DNA from: an uncultured delta proteobacterium
GTDB lineage: Bacteria; Desulfobacterota; Desulfobacteria; Desulfobacterales; QNYZ01
Assembly (NCBI GenBank): GCA_963845145.1
Contig: CAWJQU010000005.1
Coordinates: forward strand, 1,088,001 to 1,152,000
Reading direction: 5' to 3'
Length of the DNA: 64,000 bases
Made by a program: the position numbers and the translations under genes. The notes beneath the pieces are model-generated. The model saw only the letters and a list, made by a program, of their open reading frames with translations. It was not told the DNA's origin and made no database searches. Positions 60,650-64,000 of the stretch are shown piece by piece. How positions within the stretch are numbered: position 1 is the stretch's first letter; every line of letters starts with the position of its first letter.

Positions 60650-62758
60650 CTAATGTTCCCTAGCATGGAGACGTTCCGCTTCATCCGGTACATGGATCAC
60701 TGGCGCGATCTTTTTTAAGTAGTCTAAGGGGATATGGCATTTGATAACATGTCGATCGGCCACTTCCTGATCGGGGGGCATTTCGTTGTCACAAATTTCG
60801 CCGATCCTGCGGTGGCAGCGGGTGCAAAAGGGGCAACCCTTGGGTGGTTTCATGGCGCTGGGCAGGTTGCCCTCCAGCACGATTTCACGCTTGGTCACTT
60901 CGGGATCGGCGATGGGCACGGCGGATAACAGGGCCTCGGTATAGGGATGATAAGGCGGTGCAAAAACCTCATCCGTGGTTCCCCTCTCAAGAATATGCCC
61001 GAGATACATGACGACAATGCGATCCGATAGATAGCGTACCACACTTAGGTCATGACTGATGAAAAGCAACGTGGTTTTATGCTTACGCTGAATTTCCATT
61101 AGCAACTCCGTCACCGCCGCCGCGACAGAGACGTCCAGTGCGGAAACCGGTTCATCGGCAATGACCATGCTCGGGTTTCCGGCAAACGCCCGGGCAATAC
61201 CGACACGTTGCTTCTGCCCTCCCGACAGTTGCCTGGGTTTTCTAAAATAAAAATCTCTTGGTAGTTTGACCGTATCCAGCAGTTTCATTACCCGATCGAA
61301 TATTTTTTTCTTATCCGTTTCCACGCCAAATTTCTTGATCACTCTAGATATCTGGCCACCGATGCTATGGCTCGGATTCAACGTGTCAAACGGATTTTGA
61401 AAGACCATCTGGAGCGAGCTGATCTGTTTGGCACTTCGATCCCTGACTGCTATGTCTGAAATGTCATTGCCTTTGTGACGGACTTCACCCTCGGTGCCTT
61501 GCTCCAAGCCCATCAGTACTTTCGCAAAGGTTGATTTACCACAACCGGATTCACCCACAATCGCTACCGTTTCACCCTCTTTAGCCGTAAAGTTCAACTC
61601 CTCATTCGCTTTTACATAACGCGTTCGTTTCCCGCTGAACAACGCCTTGAGGGAGGTATCACGAACTTCATAGTACTTCTTCATACCATCGACATTGAGA
61701 ACCCGTTTGCCGAGTTCAAGGGGCTCTTTGATTTCAATATCCAGCGTTTCAATGCTAGGATCAATTTCTTTATAACGTAAGCAGCGTACGCGATGGTCGG
61801 GCGCGCTATTTTCAACATGCGCCATTTTGAAATGGTCAACATCACACAGTCCGGGTTTGAAATGGTCACAACGGGGATGGTAGTAACACCCCTTGGGTCT
61901 ATCAAACGGCAACGGCAGCTGACCCCGGATCGGTTTCAGCGGCGCGGCGTTTTTATCTGCCGTCGGCAACGGGATACAGGCAAATAAACCGTGGGTGTAG
62001 GGGTGCTTCGGCCAGGTAAACAGCGAGTCAATCGTGCCTTCTTCAACCACTTCACCGGAATACATGACGAAAACCCGGTCACAGGTTTCTAAAATCAGTC
62101 CAAGATTATGGGAGATATAGATCTGGGAGGTACCATATTTTTTGCTGATATCGGCTACCAGTTTGACGATGCCAGCCTCCACGGTGACATCAAGGGCGGT
62201 GGTTGGCTCATCCAGTAATAGAAGAGACGGATTCGACAATAGCCCCATGGCAATAACCACCCGTTGCTGTTGGCCTCCTGATAACTGGTGAGGGTATGAA
62301 TCCATCATTCGTTTAGGATCAGGCAATTTCACATCCGCCAACAACTGCTCTGCTCTTTGCCGTGCCTCTTCCTGGGATATATTTTCATGCGCCAGCGGCA
62401 CTTCCATCAATTGCGTGCTGATTTTCAGGCTCGGGTTGAGCGAGGCAAACGGTTCCTGATAGATCATGGCAATTTCCGAGCCTCTTATCTGGCGCAGTTC
62501 GGCGTCTGACAATTTGGTTAAATCACGACCTTTGAATGTAATACTGCCGCTTTTGATACCCCCGTTGGCTCCCATGTATTGCATGATCGCCATTGCGACA
62601 GTAGACTTACCGCAGCCAGACTCACCGACAATGCCAATGGTCTCACCGGGTTTTACCGTCAGTGAAAAATCTACCACCGCCGGTATTTCCCCCGCCCGGG
62701 TATAGTAGGAGATACAGAGGTCCTTGCAGACAAGAACAGGTTCTTGATTGTCATTCAT
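60650..62758 (-). CDS. Peptide/nickel-type ABC transporter fused ATP-binding protein (DppD-DppF)
   Basis: Two GESGCGKST Walker A motifs, LSGGQ signatures, HPYT motifs, Cys-rich C-terminal extensions. Confidence 0.95.
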   Translation of the reverse strand: MNDNQEPVLVCKDLCISYYTRAGEIPAVVDFSLTVKPGETIGIVGESGCGKSTVAMAIMQYMGANGGIKSGSITFKGRDLTKLSDAELRQIRGSEIAMIYQEPFASLNPSLKISTQLMEVPLAHENISQEEARQRAEQLLADVKLPDPKRMMDSYPHQLSGGQQQRVVIAMGLLSNPSLLLLDEPTTALDVTVEAGIVKLVADISKKYGTSQIYISHNLGLILETCDRVFVMYSGEVVEEGTIDSLFTWPKHPYTHGLFACIPLPTADKNAAPLKPIRGQLPLPFDRPKGCYYHPRCDHFKPGLCDVDHFKMAHVENSAPDHRVRCLRYKEIDPSIETLDIEIKEPLELGKRVLNVDGMKKYYEVRDTSLKALFSGKRTRYVKANEELNFTAKEGETVAIVGESGCGKSTFAKVLMGLEQGTEGEVRHKGNDISDIAVRDRSAKQISSLQMVFQNPFDTLNPSHSIGGQISRVIKKFGVETDKKKIFDRVMKLLDTVKLPRDFYFRKPRQLSGGQKQRVGIARAFAGNPSMVIADEPVSALDVSVAAAVTELLMEIQRKHKTTLLFISHDLSVVRYLSDRIVVMYLGHILERGTTDEVFAPPYHPYTEALLSAVPIADPEVTKREIVLEGNLPSAMKPPKGCPFCTRCHRRIGEICDNEMPPDQEVADRHVIKCHIPLDYLKKIAPVIHVPDEAERLHAREH

Positions 62759-62774
62759 AGAATTGGTTCCCTTC

Positions 62775-63668
62775 CTAGTCACGTAGCGATATTTCGCGTA
62801 GACCGTCTGCAAGCAGATTGAACCCAAGGATCAACGACGAAATGGCGATGCACGGATAGAGCGTCATGTGCGGAAAAGCCATGGCCATCTGCCGAGTCTC
62901 GTTGACCATGCCGCCCCAATCAGGGTCCGGTGGCGGCAGGCCCAGACCGAGAAAACCGAGCACACCGATGGTGATAATCACATAACCTAGACGCAGGCAG
63001 GCATCCACAATCAGGGGCCCACGCGCATTGGGCAAGATCTCAACCAGCATCACGCGCCAGTCTGATTCGCCTCTTGTCTGTGCCGCAGCGACATAATCGC
63101 GATTACGAAGATCCAGTACCAGACCACGGACAATCCGCATAATACCCGGCGAGGAGGCAAAAGTGATGGCGATGATGATGTTCATTCCTGATGCGCCGAT
63201 GGTGGCGATGATGATGATATACAAAACCAGTACCGGAAAGGATAGAATGATATCCGCCAAACGGGACAGGACATCATCCACCCAGCCGCCGCGATACCCG
63301 GCCGCAAGTCCCATCAGAATACCTAACGTGTAGGCGCAAAGGGTTGCCAGGGGCGCATAGATTAATACTGTACGGGAACCCCAAATAATGCGGGAGAGGA
63401 TATCCCGCCCGATATGATCGGTGCCGAGCCAGAAGGTTCCACCGCCCTTGATCGCCGCCATACCGGGTTTGGCAAACGGCTGGATAGACGAGTTGGGATC
63501 AAACGGTGCGATCAGTGGCGCCAGGATCGCGATCAGCACCCAGAATATCACGAGAAAAGCCCCCACCATACCGACCCAGCTCTCCCGCAGCAAAGCAAAC
63601 GATTTAAAACCTCGCAGGAATGCTGCACCATATCCGGCTTTGGGCATTTCTGTCGTTGATGTCGTCAT
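62775..63668 (-). CDS. Peptide-type ABC permease (DppC-like)
   Basis: WLGTDHIGRDILSRIIWG, EILPN, LGFLGLGLPPPDPDWG. Confidence 0.95.
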   Translation of the reverse strand: MTTSTTEMPKAGYGAAFLRGFKSFALLRESWVGMVGAFLVIFWVLIAILAPLIAPFDPNSSIQPFAKPGMAAIKGGGTFWLGTDHIGRDILSRIIWGSRTVLIYAPLATLCAYTLGILMGLAAGYRGGWVDDVLSRLADIILSFPVLVLYIIIIATIGASGMNIIIAITFASSPGIMRIVRGLVLDLRNRDYVAAAQTRGESDWRVMLVEILPNARGPLIVDACLRLGYVIITIGVLGFLGLGLPPPDPDWGGMVNETRQMAMAFPHMTLYPCIAISSLILGFNLLADGLREISLRD

Positions 63669-63683
63669 GAGAATCAAGTCTCC

Positions 63684-64000
63684 TTAGCTGAAACGGATGC
63701 GAGGGTTGAGAAAGGTGTATCCGATATCGGCGATAGTTTGCGTGGTAACGGCCACACAAACGGCCACCATCGCACAGGCCTCCAAAAGGGCGATATCGTT
63801 ATTCAGCGAAGCCTCCAAGATGAGCGCCCCAAATCCTTTATAGGCAAAGAAAAACTCAACGACGATAACCCCGGACAGCAGCCAGTTGATTTGCAGCATG
63901 ATGACCGTGAACGGTGCGATGAGCGCATTACGTAACGCATGCTTTACGATCACCGATTTGTAAGGCAGGCCCTTTAGCACCGCTGTCCTGATATACTGAG
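63684..64000 (-). CDS. Peptide-type ABC permease (DppB-like), 5' part outside the window
   Basis: YIRTAVLKGL, KHALRNA, VVEFFFAYKGFG, LNPRIR. Confidence 0.93.
   Translation of the reverse strand, partial: QYIRTAVLKGLPYKSVIVKHALRNALIAPFTVIMLQINWLLSGVIVVEFFFAYKGFGALILEASLNNDIALLEACAMVAVCVAVTTQTIADIGYTFLNPRIRFS

Noticed and set aside
1..64000. CRISPR array, tRNA/rRNA genes, intact transposase or prophage
   Set aside because: No regularly spaced repeats, cloverleaf/rRNA signatures, or transposase/phage ORFs were recognised by eye.

Overview
Bacterial window, translation table 11. Gene content (W-type aldehyde:ferredoxin oxidoreductase, corrinoid/MttB methyltransferases, rubredoxin-domain proteins, sigma-54 activators) suggests an anaerobic Desulfobacterales-like deltaproteobacterium; this is inference. 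Layout: (1) 1-5.7 kb, a membrane-bound sigma-54 activator with an orphan PhnD-like binding protein, a glycosyltransferase, a VOC protein and a Tat-exported SOD; (2) 5.9-24 kb, a long co-oriented minus-strand run of small accessory genes with many scars (duplicated GNAT pseudogene, half PaaI thioesterase, fused toxin-antitoxin relics, palindromic miniature elements); (3) 24-28 kb, a Cpx/Spy-like two-component module and a REP doublet; (4) 28-34 kb, a CHASE2-adenylate cyclase plus FecR-TPR-beta-barrel locus, each gene carrying one +1 frameshift, followed by a small ORF; (5) 34-64 kb, an AOR and a methylated-amine/C1 region (FTCD, GntR, internally deleted methyl-THF:corrinoid methyltransferase, corrinoid protein, sarcosine-oxidase-like flavoprotein, three non-pyrrolysine MttB-family enzymes, a 1.5k-aa GlmS-like protein, an E. 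coli ygc-like operon, a peptide-type ABC transporter). The best novel candidate is the small ORF at 33793-34053: it can be read through two in-frame TGA codons (G-U-VWIDSRWI-U-D-stop), each followed by a SECIS-like hairpin, suggesting a two-selenocysteine miniprotein linked to the CHASE2/FecR system. No rRNA, tRNA, CRISPR array or intact transposase was recognised.
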